The translations under genes and the position numbers were made by a program. Positions 23,765 to 24,060 of a DNA stretch of 24,060 nucleotides are shown in pieces. The notes beneath the pieces are model-generated. The model saw only the letters and a program-made list of their open reading frames with translations. It had not been told where the DNA came from and made no database searches. Source of the DNA: a virus (taxonomy: Duplodnaviria > Caudoviricetes); IMG/VR virus record IMGVR_UViG_3300035181_001174, positions 1 to 24,060 of that record; one strand, given 5' to 3'. Positions within the stretch are counted from its first letter, which is position 1; every line of letters begins with the position of its first letter.

Positions 23765-24060
23765 ATGACACGTGAACAGGTATGGCAGGAGATGCCGATC
23801 GACCTCGCCAACGCGGCGCTTCGCATTGCCCGCGCCTACGAGCATGGGTGGGCGCGTTCCAGCGTGGTGCCGCAGGGTGAGGCATACTGGGATTTTGATG
23901 ATCAGCGCCCCACGCTGGAGGAGATCGAAGAGGCGACGCCTGAGGGCGCGATGGGCAAGGGGATAACTGGGCCGTCGATCGACTTCACGGGAGGCCGTTT
24001 CCATGTGCAGCACACGACGCTTACCGGGCGGACGATGATCGACGTGTCCCTGGGACCTGG
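23765..24060 (+). CDS. Hypothetical protein, paralog of 12447-13130 (3' end outside window)
   Basis: Not in ORF track. MTREQVWQEMPIDLANAALRIARAYEHGW...; GGAGGAG SD; open to edge. Confidence 0.8.
   Translation, partial: MTREQVWQEMPIDLANAALRIARAYEHGWARSSVVPQGEAYWDFDDQRPTLEEIEEATPEGAMGKGITGPSIDFTGGRFHVQHTTLTGRTMIDVSLGP

Overview
High-GC tailed phage or prophage segment (siphovirus-like, HK97-fold head). A long minus-strand block reads right to left from a near-consensus sigma70 promoter at about 22,880. It contains an XRE/Cro-like HTH gene, small early genes, YqaJ exonuclease plus RecT, and a cluster of small DUF551-like and SH3/KOW-like paralogs. Next come a P4-type primase-helicase with its own promoter, structured leader and downstream inverted-repeat putative origin, and a VRR-NUC-like nuclease. 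A late promoter/terminator then precedes the morphogenesis operon: TerS, TerL, portal, MuF-like protein, protease, capsid, decoration, head-tail proteins, tail tube, frameshifted tail chaperone and tape measure. A divergent plus-strand operon of small unknown genes starts at about 23,040. It carries the most unusual signals: a complete type II hammerhead ribozyme between genes 1 and 2, and a covarying bulged-A hairpin repeated in front of each of the three genes. No integrase, CI repressor, lysis genes, tRNA or CRISPR were recognised in the window. All protein calls rest on motif recognition and synteny, not database searches.
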